A stretch of 64,000 nt of DNA from Convolutriloba macropyga (lineage: Eukaryota), in NCBI RefSeq assembly GCF_964194025.1, contig NC_134472.1, positions 31,434,001 through 31,498,000 of the forward strand, written 5' to 3'. The translations under genes and the position numbers were made by a program. Positions 26,468 through 40,439 of the stretch are shown here, piece by piece. The notes below the pieces were generated by a model. It made no database searches. It worked only from the letters and a program-made list of their open reading frames with translations, and was not told where the DNA came from. Position 1 is the first letter of the stretch. Every line of letters starts with the position of its first letter.

Positions 26468-29400
26468 GCGGCTACTACATAATTAAATCATAAAAAATTG
26501 AAAAGGACAAAATTTAAGAGAAAAATTTCCAAACTCAAATTGCAAGGAAATGATCAAAATCATTTGTTGACTCTGGAGTGCTGCCGTGTAACCCATCTGC
26601 AAGACTTAAAAAGTTTGGTCGCCAAGTAATGATCGTTAAACTCAGAAACGCACGAAAATATTCAAAAATTTTATAAAATTGCAAATTTTAATACAATCTC
26701 TCTACAAAGTGTAACATTAATATTCTTCAAAACAACTTCGTTGTCTCAAGAGAACATTCCCTGTCCCTATTTCATGTCTTTCTGAGCTTCACTGGCTCAT
26801 AAAGATCCAAAAACTTGGAACATGAGAATATTTTTCTAAAATCTAGAGAAAAAAAATAAATTTTGTCAAAAAGCTGTATAAACTCAAGACATTAAAATAT
26901 CGATAACCATTCCATTAACTCTAGAATCTATGCAACTATTTTTTATGAAACCAAGGACGAGGTCCCAGCGCTCGTGGTGAAGGAAAAATTAAAAAAAATT
27001 AAAAATATTCAAAAAAATTGAAGTTAGCAAATTTTTAAAATATTGCTTAAATTCGTGATGTCGAAATATTCCAAAACATTCCACTACCCAAAAACACACA
27101 CTAACCTCTCATTGAAACACAAAGGAGGTCTTTCGGTTCTTGAGACTCGAAAACCCTAAAAGATGAAAAGAATTTCAAGTTTTATAAAAAAAACTCGAAA
27201 TCTGGTGATTTTAACGGGCGGCTACTGCATAATTGAATCATAAAAAATTGAATATGGCAAAACTTAAGAGACAAAATTTCAAATTTAATTTGCAAAAAAT
27301 GTTCAAAACTATTTGTTGACTGTGGAGTTCTGCCATGTAAACCATCTGCAAGACTTAAAAAGTTTTGTTGCCAAGTACTGATCGCTAAACTCAGAAACAG
27401 ACGAAAATAATCAAAAACTTTGTAAAATTGAAAAATTTTAACAGAGTCTCTCTTCAAAGTGTAATATTAATTTTTTTCAGAACAACTTCATTGTCTCAAG
27501 AGAATATTCCCTGTCCCTATTTCATTTCTTTCTTAGTTTCACTGGCTCATAATGATCCATAAACTTGGAAGCTGATAATATTTTTCTATAATCTAGAGAT
27601 AAAAAAATAAATTTTGACAAAAAAACTGCAAAAACTCAAGATATTAAAATATCAATAACCATTCCATTAACTCTAGACTATGCAACAGTTTAATATGAAA
27701 CCTCGGATGAGGTCCCTGCGCCTATGGTGCCGAAAACATTTTACAAAAACTAAAAATATTCAAAAAAAATTGAAATTAGCAATTTTTTAAAATATTGCTT
27801 ATATTCGTGATGTTGAAAAGTTCCCAAACGCTCCATTACCCAAAAAGACACAGTAACCTGTCATTGAAGCGCAAAAGAGGTCTTTTGGCTCGTGAGGCCG
27901 GAAGAACCTGAAAAAAGAAGAGAATTTCAAGTTTTATAAAAAAAAACTGCGAAAGTTTGTGATTTTAAAAAATTGAAAACCAATCCATGGCCCATTAAAA
28001 TTTTCTAGTACCATACTGTCAAAGTCTATAGGAAGTTGGTTGACCCTTGAGGCTGAAAAATACTCAATATTGGCAAATTTTTAAAAAAAATTGAAAAAAA
28101 GCAGTTTTTGTCAAAAAAGATAAAATTTGTGAAGTTAAAATGTTGAAAACCATTCCATTACCATTAGTAACTATGCGGTATCCTAATATCAAACTTAAGA
28201 GGAGGTTCGTAGGCTCCTGAGATCGGCGAAGCCTAAAAAATGACAAAATTTTCAAATGACGTGAAAAAATTGCAAGTTCTATAAAATTTCTCATTATTGT
28301 GATTTTCAGAATTTTGAAAACTAATCCATCGCCAATAAAAACTTTCTAGTAACTTACTGTCAGATACTAAATTACGTTCTTGAACCCCCTGAGGCTAGAA
28401 AAATTTGAATAATGACATCTAATGTCAAAAATTTTAACATAAAATTGCAGGTTTATAAAAAAACGCTAAAGTTTCTATGGTAAAAATCTTGAAAACCATT
28501 CCATTACAACTAGCAACTATGCAATGACCTATTATCAAACCCCTAGAGGAGATTCGTTGAACCTAAGGGCTAAAAAAATTAAAAAGGTAAAATTTTTAAG
28601 GAAGCTTGATTCGTGATATTATAATTTTTGAAAACATTCCATTAGTGCTAGAAAATATGCAATAACCTATTATCAAACCCTAGAGGAGATTCCTTAGCTA
28701 CAAAGGCTATAAGTCTGAGAAATTTTAAAAGAAGGAAGAAACTGCAAGGTCTATAAAACTAATTGCTGAAGTTTGTGATCTTAAAAAACTGAAAAACAAA
28801 CCATGGCCAATAAATATTTTCCAGTAACTTTTTGTCAATATCTAAAGGAAATTTTCTGACACCTGAGGCTGAAAAAATTCAAATAATCGCAATAAATTTC
28901 AAAAAAATGCAAACTTTGTCGAAAATTTGCTAAATTTCGTGATGTTAAAAGGTTCCAAACCATTCCATTACACAAAGAAAAAAAACAGTAAGTAATTATT
29001 GAAGCCAAGAGGAGGTCTATTGGCTCTTCAGGCTGGAGAAACCTAAAAAATGACAAAAATTTCCAAAAAAACTTTAAAAAAATTGCAATTTTCTTGAAAA
29101 AAATTGCTACTTTTTTGTTTTGAAAAAACTGAAAATCAATTCATGTCCAATTAAAAGTTTCCAGTGACACAGTGTCAAACTCTAGAGGAGGTTTTTTGAC
29201 CCTTGAGGCTGACAAATCTTGAAAGGTGACGAAGAAATTCAAGAAAAAAAATTGTAGTTTTTGCCGAAAAAAGCTGAATTTTGTAATGTAAAACTTATGA
29301 AAACCATTCCATTACAACTAATAACTATGCAGTATCCTAATACCAAACTTTAGAGGAGGTTCGTAGGCTCCTGAGCTAGGAGAAACCTAATAACGTTCGA

Positions 29401-31070
29401 CTAACTTGAAAAAAATTGCAAGCTTTATAAAGTTCCTCAACTTTTTGATAATCGAAATTTGAAATTTAATCCATCGCCAAAAAAATTTTCTAGTAAGATA
29501 ATTTTCAAACATTAAAGAACGTTTTTGATCCCTGGGGCTAAAAAAATCTGAATAATGACAACTAATGTCAAAAAATTTTTTTTAAAAAAGCAGGTTCTGT
29601 CAAAAAAATGCTAAAATCGGTAATGTTAATTTGTTGAAAACCATTCAATTTCAACTAGCAACTTTGTAGTAACCTATTATCAAACCCGTAGAGGAGGCTT
29701 TTTGACACTAAAGGCTGAAAAGTAATAAAAAGGCAAAAACTATAAGAAAGTTTGATTCGTGATAGTATATTTTTTTAAAAAAAACCATTATATCTTGAAA
29801 CAATGCAATAATTTATTATCAAACCTTAGAGCAGGTTCCTTAGCTATTGAGGCCATAAGTCTGAGAAATTTCAAAGAAGAATGAAAAAATTGCAAGTTCT
29901 ATAAAACAAATTGCTGAAAATTGTGATTTTAAAAAACTGAAAACTGAACCATGGCCAAAAAAAATTTTCAGTAACTTAATGTCAATCTCTAAAGGAGTTT
30001 TTCCGACACCTGAGGATGAAAAAACCTGAATAATCACAAAAAATTTCAAAAAATGGAAGTTTTGTGAAAAAAATAGTAAAACTCGCGATGTTAAAAAATT
30101 CCAAACCATTCAATTACCCATAGAAAAAATGCGGTAACCTATTAGTGAAGCCTAGAGGAGTTCCATTGGCTCTTGAGGCCCGACAATCCTAAAAAACGAC
30201 AAAAATTTTCAAAAAGCTAGTAAAAAAATCGCAGGTTTTTTAAAAAATAATTGCTAAAGCTTGTGCTTTTAAAAATTGAAAACCAATCCATGGCCAAATA
30301 AAAATTTTCAGTGACGCACAGTCAAACTCTAAAGGATGTATAGGTTTATTGACCCTTGGGGCTGAAAAACCTGAATAATGACAAAATTTTTTTAAAAAAT
30401 TGAAAAAATTGCAGTTTTTGTCCAAAAAAGCTAAAATTCGTGATGTTAAAATGTTGAAAACCGTTCCATTACCACTATTAGCTATGAAGTATCCTAATAT
30501 CAAAATTTAGAGAAGTTTCCTAGGCTCTTGAGCTTGGAGAAACCTAAAAAATGACAAAAATTTTCAATTGACTTGGAAAAATGGCAAGTTTAGCAAAGTT
30601 GCTCAACTATGGGATATTCAAAATTTGAAAACAAATCAATCGCCAATAAAAACTTTCTAGTAACTTATTGTCAAACACTAAAGGACGTTTTTGGCACGTG
30701 AGGATGAAAAAACCTGAATAACGAAAAAATGTCAAAAATTAAAAAAAAATTGCAGGATTTGTCAAACAAATGCTGGAATTGATAACGTAAAATTTTGGAA
30801 AAACTTTCGATTACCACTAGCAACATTGCAGTAACCTATTATCAAAACCCTAGAAAATATTCTTCGACACCAAGGGCTGAAAAAAAATCAAGATGGCAAA
30901 AATCTTAAGAATGCTTGATTCCTGATACTAAAATTTTAAAAACATTCCATTAGTTCTAGAAACTATGCAATAACCTATTATCAAACCCTAGAGCAGATTC
31001 CTAAGCTTTTAAGGCCATAGGTCTGAAAAATTTCAAAAAATGAAAAAATTGCAGGTTCTATAAAACAGTA
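26468..31070. repeat. Complex satellite: two ~750-bp tandem units followed by degenerate ~140-190-bp monomers arranged in a ~1.15-kb higher-order repeat
   Basis: cggctact(a/g)cataatt at ~26469 and ~27220. Recurring aaaaccattccattac and atcaaaccctagaggag motifs. Landmark (g/t)ttgattc(g/c)tgata recurs at ~28604, ~29751 and ~30913. Confidence 0.88.
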
Positions 31071-33459
31071 GCTCCACGACATTAAACCCTTGAAGTCCTA
31101 CTAAATGTGTCTACGTGCCTCCAATGAAAATTAATTTCCTCTGGGCGCTACCTGATTATCCCGTTATTAACGACGAAAAGTTAAATGGGTCAGATAAAAA
31201 ATCTTTTGAGTATAAAAGTGCATAAAAAGACCAACAGGACTAATACAAATGCTACAAAATTCGGTTGAGAGCAATAAATAACTATGATTCAGCCATCCTA
31301 GTTAGGATCCTAGTTAGCTTAGTTGTTGTGATAAACCTATTAAATAGATATCCACTTCATCGTTTCAAATTTTGTGCTTATAGACTATATGCGCTACAGG
31401 GCTGAACCTAGTGATTTTCCTATCCCATGAGTTCTTAGTCAAACACCCTCTAGCTGATAAGTTCAAAATAATATTATTTCTGGGCAGTATGATAATTAAA
31501 ATTGAATCAAGTTGACTATAGGCAGCACCAGTTGATCTGAAGCAAACCCTGCCACCAATAACATTTGCAATTCCAGGGTTCAGACTAAATCACTATTCAA
31601 TTTCCCATCGCAAGGAATTAACACAAATCCTAACGATAGAACTTCTACAAAAGAAAACCCAAATAGCCCTCTGCCATGATATTATCAGAGACACAATGGA
31701 CTTACTTGCACCGTCTTGGTTCACCGACTTTCTTCCGAACTTCAGAACATTCAACACGCTTGCCAACGATACAAAACAAAAACTCATAATACAGAAGAGA
31801 AAACCCTCTCCAAGAACAGCTAGCACAAGCGCACCCATCACTTTAACGGGAGTTAAATTATCTGCAAACTGCTTTGAAAATTAACTTACAAAAAATACTG
31901 GTAAGCAAACGTCAACCAAATCGGATGAGACTGTCTCAGAATAGCAGTCAGCGCAAAACTTCAAGGAAATTGCTGTCAAAGAACAAGAACATTAAGAAAA
32001 AGTAGTGAAGACAAATGTACTCTAACTTTTAATTGTCCTATGCTCTGGTAGCCTTCTGGAACTTTTCTGTTCGGTTACACCCTAGGTGCTTGACAGTTGA
32101 TATGTAATTAGATCTGCCGAGAATCTGGTTAGTAATTGTTGACAAATTTTTCTGATTTTTGGTGGCTTTTTGGTCTTTTTTTGTCCACGTGCGGCATAGG
32201 GGAGCGTTTACCAGCCAAAAATAGCTCCAGTTAAAAGAAAAAAATATAACCCGGGGACCTGAATTATGGGGATGGACATATAAACAATGCCGTAAAACCG
32301 TCAAGATCTCAATTGATAAAGTGATGGAGTTTGACCAATACCGTTAAACCGTCAACATGTCAATTGATAGAGTGAAGGAATGTGACCTATGCACAACACA
32401 TTTCTGGTACAAATGCCTAAACATGACCGCTGCAATTTTTGAGAACGTGATGAGACCTTCAGTCAAAAGTTGTTGCAAAATGCCTGTCTCGGATGTCAAA
32501 ACGGTCATAAATGAGTAAAGGCGAGAGGTCGAGTAAGCTGACGAAATGACCAGATTGTTCTGAAGTTAACAACTAACTCAGTAAAAACCTTAATGGACAA
32601 ATTTTATTGTTTAATCAATGGTTCCAAAGCGAGAAAAAACCGCACACTTTTGACAATAGAATCAAAGGAAGTTTAGCACAAAAACGTGGCAAAGTGAAAA
32701 CACTAAAACAAATCTCTTTAGAAGCCTGAGTAGACCAGAACGTGAAGAGGAAGAAGAAATCAAGAGAACGAAGATTGTAATCAAACATTGGGCAGTGGAA
32801 AAGAGGGCGAAGGAATTACATTAAACTCAAAAAAATTGAGAGAGCTTGGTGAAAAGCTGGAGCAAAAAGACGAGATGGTGACAAGAAGAGACACTTTCCT
32901 GGCGCCATCTCAAGCAAGAAGAGTCACTTTCCAAACCATCGAAGAGGTGCGTTCTATCATGAAGAACTTCGCCAAACAAAGAAAAACTGAATCTAACTTG
33001 AAGGACCCAGACAGAACTCTGAGAGAACAAGAAATTATTCGCTAAGTTGTACACAATGCAAAAACTAAACAGCACTGGAAAATTGGGAACCCCTGCCTCT
33101 AGTCAGAAAGATTTCAAGGGAGATGGCAGACATTTTCAATGGAGATGGCGCAGCAACACCAATCTCAAGAAAACGGATAACTTGCAATAAACGTGCTCAA
33201 ACTAAGAAACATCGATTTATACTGGAAATCGTCTTGGCACAAAATTTATGGTTTTAATTTAGAACCAAAAAGACAAGAAACGGATGGAAACGAGACGGCG
33301 GATGCTAGTTTATTTTATTAAATATTTTCATTACATAGAAAAAAATCATACCCTGCAGCGTTACGGAAATTCATCATTTTGAACCATCCGACCACTTCTT
33401 CTCTGATGTTTTTTGAAATTGACGCGGAACTCAAACAAGTTTTTAATTACATTGGAAAC

Positions 33460-33594
33460 NNNNNNNNNNNNNNNNNNNNNNNNNNNNNNNNNNNNNNNNN
33501 NNNNNNNNNNNNNNNNNNNNNNNNNNNNNNNNNNNNNNNNNNNNNNNNNNNNNNNNNNNNNNNNNNNNNNNNNNNNNNNNNNNNNNNNNNNNNN
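33460..33594. other. Assembly gap (N run)
   Basis: 135 N. Confidence 1.
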
Positions 33595-34556
33595 CCATAA
33601 ATGGATTGGGAAAGTATAGCAACACACAAAAGTATAGCAAAACGCCTTTAAAGACGCTGTGCGAATGTCTTGCCTCACACAAAACACAAATAAACCGACG
33701 AGAGAGAGAGTGAAGCAAAATCCAATGTCTTTTCTTGACTTGCGGTTCCTGGACCTAACCTTGACCTCAAAAATTGTAGAAAATTGTGCCCCAATAACAG
33801 CGAACAGCAACTAAAAAAGACCTCACTCCGTTTTGCAATAGGATCTGTTTTGATATAAAGGATAGAATTTCGGAAAAGTGATTACTTTAAAATGCAATGC
33901 CAATTTGCCAGAGAAAATATACCTTCACAGGCAAGAAGACCTCACGAGTGCCAGAAAACGTTCGAAAAAAACTGTAGTCATCCATCGAATTCAACAACAG
34001 TAAAGATGAAGAGATAAAAAGCCAAGATCTTGTTGAATGATGAAACCTTGGACTTATAAAGGCAAGAAAAAGGCCAGGAAAACGTTCACAATAGAGAGCA
34101 TTGAATAAACTACCGAAAAAATTATTTATGAAGAAGAAACATTTTGCGCAAAGCAACTCAGCAACCTTGCCAACTGATCGAAACAACATTTCTGCTTGTT
34201 TAAACGCGAAGACAACAAAAAACAGAGAACCAAAATATGCAAGAAGTCCCTTGTCCTGAAAAGCACGATGAGAAAGTTCCAAAACAGTTAAAGAGAAGGT
34301 AAATTTACTTTCTAATTTACTATCAATTTTCACCGGGAGCTTGGGATATTCAAGTTGATTGCAAATTTGCGGTGAGCGTAAGTGCTGTGAGAGTATATCC
34401 GGTGAAACCATTGAATAAATTCACCAGGTGGCATATAAAACATTATATTAATGGCTATAATAGTAATCTAAGGCCATTGCAATTTGGGTTTATGACAGGA
34501 ATATCAACCTTGTAGTTAACGAAAACCATAGACAAGTGGACCGGAGCAATTGACAA

Positions 34557-34689
34557 NNNNNNNNNNNNNNNNNNNNNNNNNNNNNNNNNNNNNNNNNNNN
34601 NNNNNNNNNNNNNNNNNNNNNNNNNNNNNNNNNNNNNNNNNNNNNNNNNNNNNNNNNNNNNNNNNNNNNNNNNNNNNNNNNNNNNNNNN
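34557..34689. other. Assembly gap (N run)
   Basis: 133 N. Confidence 1.
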
Positions 34690-36299
34690 TGATACTTTGC
34701 TTCACGGTCCCGCTCTGACTTCTAGAACTGTAAGCAAAAAAGGGCAAAGCAATAGGCTGTGAACCGTTACAAAGACGGCGTTAACTGGACATCACACAAC
34801 GGTAGCAAGCAAAGAGTGGCGTTAATGGGGACCTACTCCAATTGCAATCAGAATTATGATGTGGCGTTCCGCAGGGGATAAATTTATGTACTAGGTTTTT
34901 TTTATCATGTACACAGACTCAATGCCAGACTCAACGAAGCCAGCTATATACTTCTTGAAGATAATGCGAAAATATTCAGTTCAATCAGTGGAAAACACAA
35001 TCACTCGGACTAGTCGGAGAAAAGTTTAACAATCTGTCAATGAGGTACAGCCGTAGTTTACTACGTGTCAACTCACAAAAGTTCGTTTTACAAAACTTAT
35101 CACCAAAAAGCAATCAAACTGAACCAATTGGACAGTGATGAAGAACAAGCTGCAGTTGAATCAGAGAAAAACCGCCGTGTAAACACAGACCGGAAGCCAA
35201 CTTTCGGCCCTAATATTAAATCAGAAGTCAATAAAGCGAATTTCATCCTTTGGGTGACCAGAAAAACCTTTCAAGTGATTGCCCTGCAGACCTTACTTCA
35301 GCCTAACAAGGCACTTATTCTACTACACCCTGAATATGCAAACGAAGTCTGGTGTCCCCTAGTGAAGAAACACGTAACTCTAATGGGGAATTTACAACGT
35401 CCAGCATCCGGCTTGGGAGTAGAGATCCGAAGAAAGATCTACCAAGATAGACTCAAGTTACAGTCTGCCAACGTTAAGTTATCAAAAAAGAGAGGCAAGA
35501 TAAAACAAATCTACAAGATACTGAGGGAGAAGTACGCCGCGGAGGCAACAACTGGTTTATATGGAACTAACTGTAGAGATGTGAGAAGGAAATAAAGCAA
35601 AATCCGTACCAATAAGCGTTGAACTGAATTGCGGATGAACTACTTTACAGTGAAGGAACGAAATGAGCGGAATTAGCTACCAGTTGAAGCTTTGTCAAGC
35701 CCATCACTGGACTGTTTCAAATCAAAACTGGATAAACGCTGGGCCTCTCAACAGTAGATTACGTTGAAGTTGATATAATTGGCACGGAAAAGACCAGAAA
35801 GCTGATCAACAGAGGCAAGAGCTTGCCGATTAGAATTCTTGAAAAAAATTAAACTTAGTGATGCAGTCAACATACCCCACTTCACATTTCTGGAATATTG
35901 TCAACTTGCTAGCATGCTGGGTCAGGGAATTCTTCGGCAAGGTGTTTTTCGCGCAGACTGTTCTCGTGTACTCAGCTTCTTTAATTAAAAACAGTTTGGT
36001 TAGATGTGACGACGCATGATGATATCTAATGTAATTGAAAACGAACCTGAAACTTGTAAAATTCATAGCGATTGATTTCAGAAGCTCTACTGCTTAAAAT
36101 CCCACGGAAAAGTTTGTGCGCCGATATCCGGTCGCGTTTGAAATCAATTAATTTTACGTTTTTTTGTACCTTCAAAAGAGGCAGAAGTTAGTTACTAAAT
36201 TTACTGTATATTTTCCGTCAATATTATGCAGATTGAGTCATGTGATGGAAGTGTTGTAATATTTTAAAAGCACCATCTCTCAGTCTAACCATGAAATAA

Positions 36300-39200
36300 C
36301 TGTAATGTATGCAAACCTTTAGAAATTAATACTAAATCTTTAATAATTTTACTCCATTTTGATTTTGTTAAAATTTTCTCCACATTTTCTAAAAAATATC
36401 AAGTTGTTTCTCATCAACTATTGTGAAGAAATTGCATTCTGTATAAGCAATCAATTTCACAATTTTTTCATCATTAGATTTTCTGAAGACAATTTTTTCG
36501 ACGATCCCAGTTATTTGATTTTTGTTTACTCACATGCAATTTTAGGTTCAATTTTCCTATAATTGAATTTTTTGTTGTCTTCCTTTGCTTCTCATTCATC
36601 TCTTTTACAGTTGTTCAAGATTATCCGTACTAGTTGGCAGAAAAAAGTTATACCAAAAGTTTTACTGAAAATGTTTGATGCTCTCCACTTGCGACTATCA
36701 GTAGTAGTTGGAGAGCTGCCTCTTTTTCAGATTTTGCCAAATTGCCGTCAGGTTTCCAATATTTGTGAACAAAATAATTGATTAAGAAGTTTAGCATCAT
36801 TGATATTGGCCCGATAAGAATAGACTTTTTCCAGTTGTGTAATTGTGTATTTTTTTGACTGACACTGTCCGGATTGTTTGCAAATCTCGTAATATTTGTT
36901 CTACGACTTCATTTCGTTCGTCAAATGAGAGTCTTTGATACACAGGAAGACGTGCCATTTTAAAATGAGTTTACTCAATAAAATGTTAACATGCATTTAC
37001 TATTGTTGCCATATGAAGCTAATTGTCAATCGCATGTATTTTAGCAATCAAAAACTTGAGTGGGTCAGTAATACCTATGTCAATACTGTTGCCTGTCACT
37101 TTCTAACCCAAAAATATGTCCGCTCAAAATTCAGGAAATGTTGCCTGAATTTTCATTCAACACTCAAAAGGGATTTTCTATAGTGATGCCAAATTTTTCC
37201 GGGTTATTGGATCATTTTCTCTCATTCTTTTTTTTTGCTGACTGAGCTACATATAGGTAGTTGAAATGAATTGTATATTGAAGAGCTGGCCCGCGAGTCC
37301 TTTTGTTAGCCAATGGAACGTGTATAGCTTTGTAGAGATTTAGAACTGTTGCATCTGAAATCATTGGGAATATCAATGTTTTCCACAATATCCCCGTGTT
37401 CAGGTATTTCCGCTTTATCATATGCTAACAGCGGATTTGTTGACATCGTAGGTGATAATCGTTTGTTTGTAAGTTTTTGCAAACTGACTACTATTTCAAT
37501 AATTTTTCAAGCACTCTTCATGAAAGTAGTTCAGTTCGTACTTAATTTTTGACCTTTGTAAATACGGGACTAAAAAATGTTAGCCTGTAGCTAAAAACTG
37601 CTGGAAAGTATGAACTGATTTCACTTAACAGAGCAGATGACAGTACCATTAAATTGGTTTGCACTTGTAATACTTGGTCAAGGGTCTAGACGAGTCGATT
37701 GCAAATCTTCCTTTTTTTGAAGTTTTTAATATCAAGGTAAATGTTCCATTGAAAAACTCTGGCTTTTTTGGGATGCAATAGTTTTTGTGTTGAAAATTGT
37801 CCACATTTTCTGAGCGATGAATGACATTGCACATATTATCTTTGTTTTTCCTTTAATTTTAAATAATCGTCTATTGTATTTTCCATTTGATTCAACGCAA
37901 AATCACTGTTTTCTCTGTTTTGATTTCCCCTCCGCAAAAATAAAAGTTGATACCCAATGAGCAATCATTTGCCGAACATAGAGTGGCTGTTTTCAGGGCT
38001 GCAAATGCGATCATGGCTGAATGTTTTTGTCTAGACATTACTTTTTCTGTAAGTTTATTTTGCTCTCCAAGTGTTTTGTAAATTAGGGCATTTATTTTTA
38101 ACATTTTCACTTGAATTATTGAACGCGTGTGTGTGAATTATTGTTTGCAAATCTCGTAATATCGGTTCTACGACTTCATTTCGTTCGTCAAATGAGAGTC
38201 TTTGATACACAGGAAGATGTGCCATTTTAAAATGAGTTTACTCAATAAAATGTTAACCTGCATTTACTATTGTTGCCATATGAAGCTAATTGTCAATCGC
38301 ATGTATTTTAGCAATCAAAAACTTGAGTGGGTCAGTAATACCTATGTCAATACTGTTGCCTGTCACTTTCTAACCCAAAAATATGTCCGCTCAAAATTCA
38401 GGAAATGTTGCTTGAATTTTCATGCAACACTCAAAAGGGATTTTCTATAATGGAGCCAATTTTTTCCGGGTTAATGGATCGTTTTCTCTCATTCTGATCA
38501 AACACAGATTGAAGTTAGAGGTTGCGATGTAATGATATATTTGCCTTTGCCAGTGTTTCGAGCCTTTTCCTCGACGGCAGCTTCATAGATCTTCTTTCAC
38601 ACTTCCGGCAAGCACTGAAAGGACTGCCTAAAAAAGGGATACCAAAACAATTATCACAAGCAGTTTAAAACTAGAAGCCATTATACCAAATTGGAGAAAT
38701 TGCTTGAATCTACGCAACTGTCAATAAAATTTTTCGATACAAGAACAATTTTTTTTATTGTTGACTGAGCTACATATAGGTAGTTTAATTAAATTGTATA
38801 TTGAAGAGCTTGCCCTTGAGTCCTTTTGTTAGGCATTGGAACGTGTATAGCTTTGTAGAGATTTAGAACTGTTGCATCTGAAATCATTGGGAATATCAAT
38901 CTTTTCCACAATATCCACGTGTGCAAGCGTTTCCGCCTCATCATATGCTAACAGCGGATTTGTTGACATCGTAGGTGATAATTGTTTGTTTGTAAGTTTC
39001 TGCAAACTGACTACTATTTCAACATTTTTTCAAACACTCTTCATAAAAGTAGTTCAGTTCGTACTAATTTTTTGACCATTGTAAATATGGGACTAAAAAA
39101 TGTTAGCCTGTAGCTAAAAATTGCTGGAAAGTATGAACTGATTTCACTTAACAGAGCAGATGACAGTACCATTCAATTCGTTTGCACTTGTAACACTTGG

Positions 39201-39950
39201 TCATGGGTCTAGACGAGTCGATTGCAAATCTTCCTTTTTTTGAAGTTTTTGATATCAAGGTAAATGTTCCATTGAAAAATTTTTTGGGATGCAATAGTTT
39301 TGTGTTGAAAATTGTCCACATTTTTTGAGCGATGAATGACATTGCACATTTTATCTTTGTTTTTCCTTTAATTTTAAATAATCGTCTATTGTATTTTCCA
39401 TTTGATTCAACGCAAAATCACTGTTTTCTCTGTGTTGATTTGCCCCTCCGCAAAAATAAAAGTTGATACCCAATGAGCAATCATTTGCCGAACATAGAGT
39501 GGCTGTTTTCAGGGCTGCAAATGCGATCATGGCAGAACGTTTTTGTCTAGACATTACTTTTTCTGTAAGTTTATTTTGCTCTCCAAGTGTTTTGTAAATT
39601 AGGTCATTTATTTTTAACATTTTCAATTGAATTATTGAACGCGTGTCATTTTCAGTTAGCTCTTTTCACTGTAGGATCACATCTGCGTTCTGATTGACAT
39701 CACAAATTGTTCGAAAGCCTCAATAGGGCTTAGGTGTGCTGGCAAGCGGCCAAACTCAGAAATTTTTAATTGTTCGGTCTATATTTATAATCAATTTTAT
39801 CTTAAAAATATAATGAGTTTTTTCAATCTCACCTGTTTCGCAAAGATAGATTGATCTACTGTTTCAACCATATTTGGGTTAATCTTGTGTAGTAGATTCC
39901 TCTGTTTCAATTAGAATCTCTACATAATTGTTGACAAAAATCTCATTAGT
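36300..39950 (-). pseudogene. Decayed class I (F-type) viral envelope-like gene with internal tandem duplication
   Basis: Furin-like site RQKR followed by hydrophobic SAMIAFAAL..CS..CSLG..FCGG. Downstream LIFPMISDATVLNLYKAIHVP and EKARNTGKGKYIITS remnants. Many frameshifts. Confidence 0.6.
36873..39646. repeat. Direct tandem duplication (36873-38130 and 38140-39646)
   Basis: Near-identical ORF-track peptides occur in both copies. The left copy lacks ~255 bp present at ~38495-38750. Confidence 0.97.
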
Positions 39951-40118
39951 GAGCTCTGACATAAATTGTTTTACTTTTAACAATGTATAGACGTTTCTGA
40001 TACTCACTGACGTTTTGACTGATGACGTTTCACAAGCCGCGTTCCTAATTTTTTCAGAAAATTTTTGTTTTTTGAACTATATATTTTGAATATTTTGTTA
40101 TGCTAATATCATTTATGT

Positions 40119-40425
40119 AGTAAGCCAGAACCTAAGTGGGCTACTTTTACAGACTTCTGGTTTAAAGAGCTAGGGCTACTTATTTTTGCACGCGAAATAG
40201 GCTTACCTATATCTCTCAGACTAACAGACTCTGTAAAACAAAGAAGGTATATTTCAATTATAACGATGTACAAAAGAGTTCACACCGGAGTCAGAGGTAT
40301 ACACATTGTGCAACTACTCTAATAGACTGACTACAGTCGGCAGAGTTACTGCTATATAAAAAAGAATAGTGTCTTCTTAGTCTCTGATTGGTTGGCGGAG
40401 CACATCCAGTATTTCTAATGCTACA
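40119..40425 (-). repeat. 3' LTR
   Basis: Direct repeat of 55496-55802. The left boundary is uncertain by a few bp and no exact TSD was found. Confidence 0.92.
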
Positions 40426-40439
40426 TCCATCCGGGGTTT

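Larger units (their letters stand above)
32290..35830 (+). mobile_element. Heavily decayed CR1-like LINE spanning two assembly gaps
   Basis: PHD-like ECDLC...F...C near 32375, basic ORF1 remnant, gvPQG-like at ~34865, and HPEYANEVWCPLVKKH...NLQR (CR1 RPHLEYA..VW.P motif). Confidence 0.7.

Noticed and set aside
33361-34762. ORFs containing X runs
   Set aside because: Artefacts of translating through N gaps.
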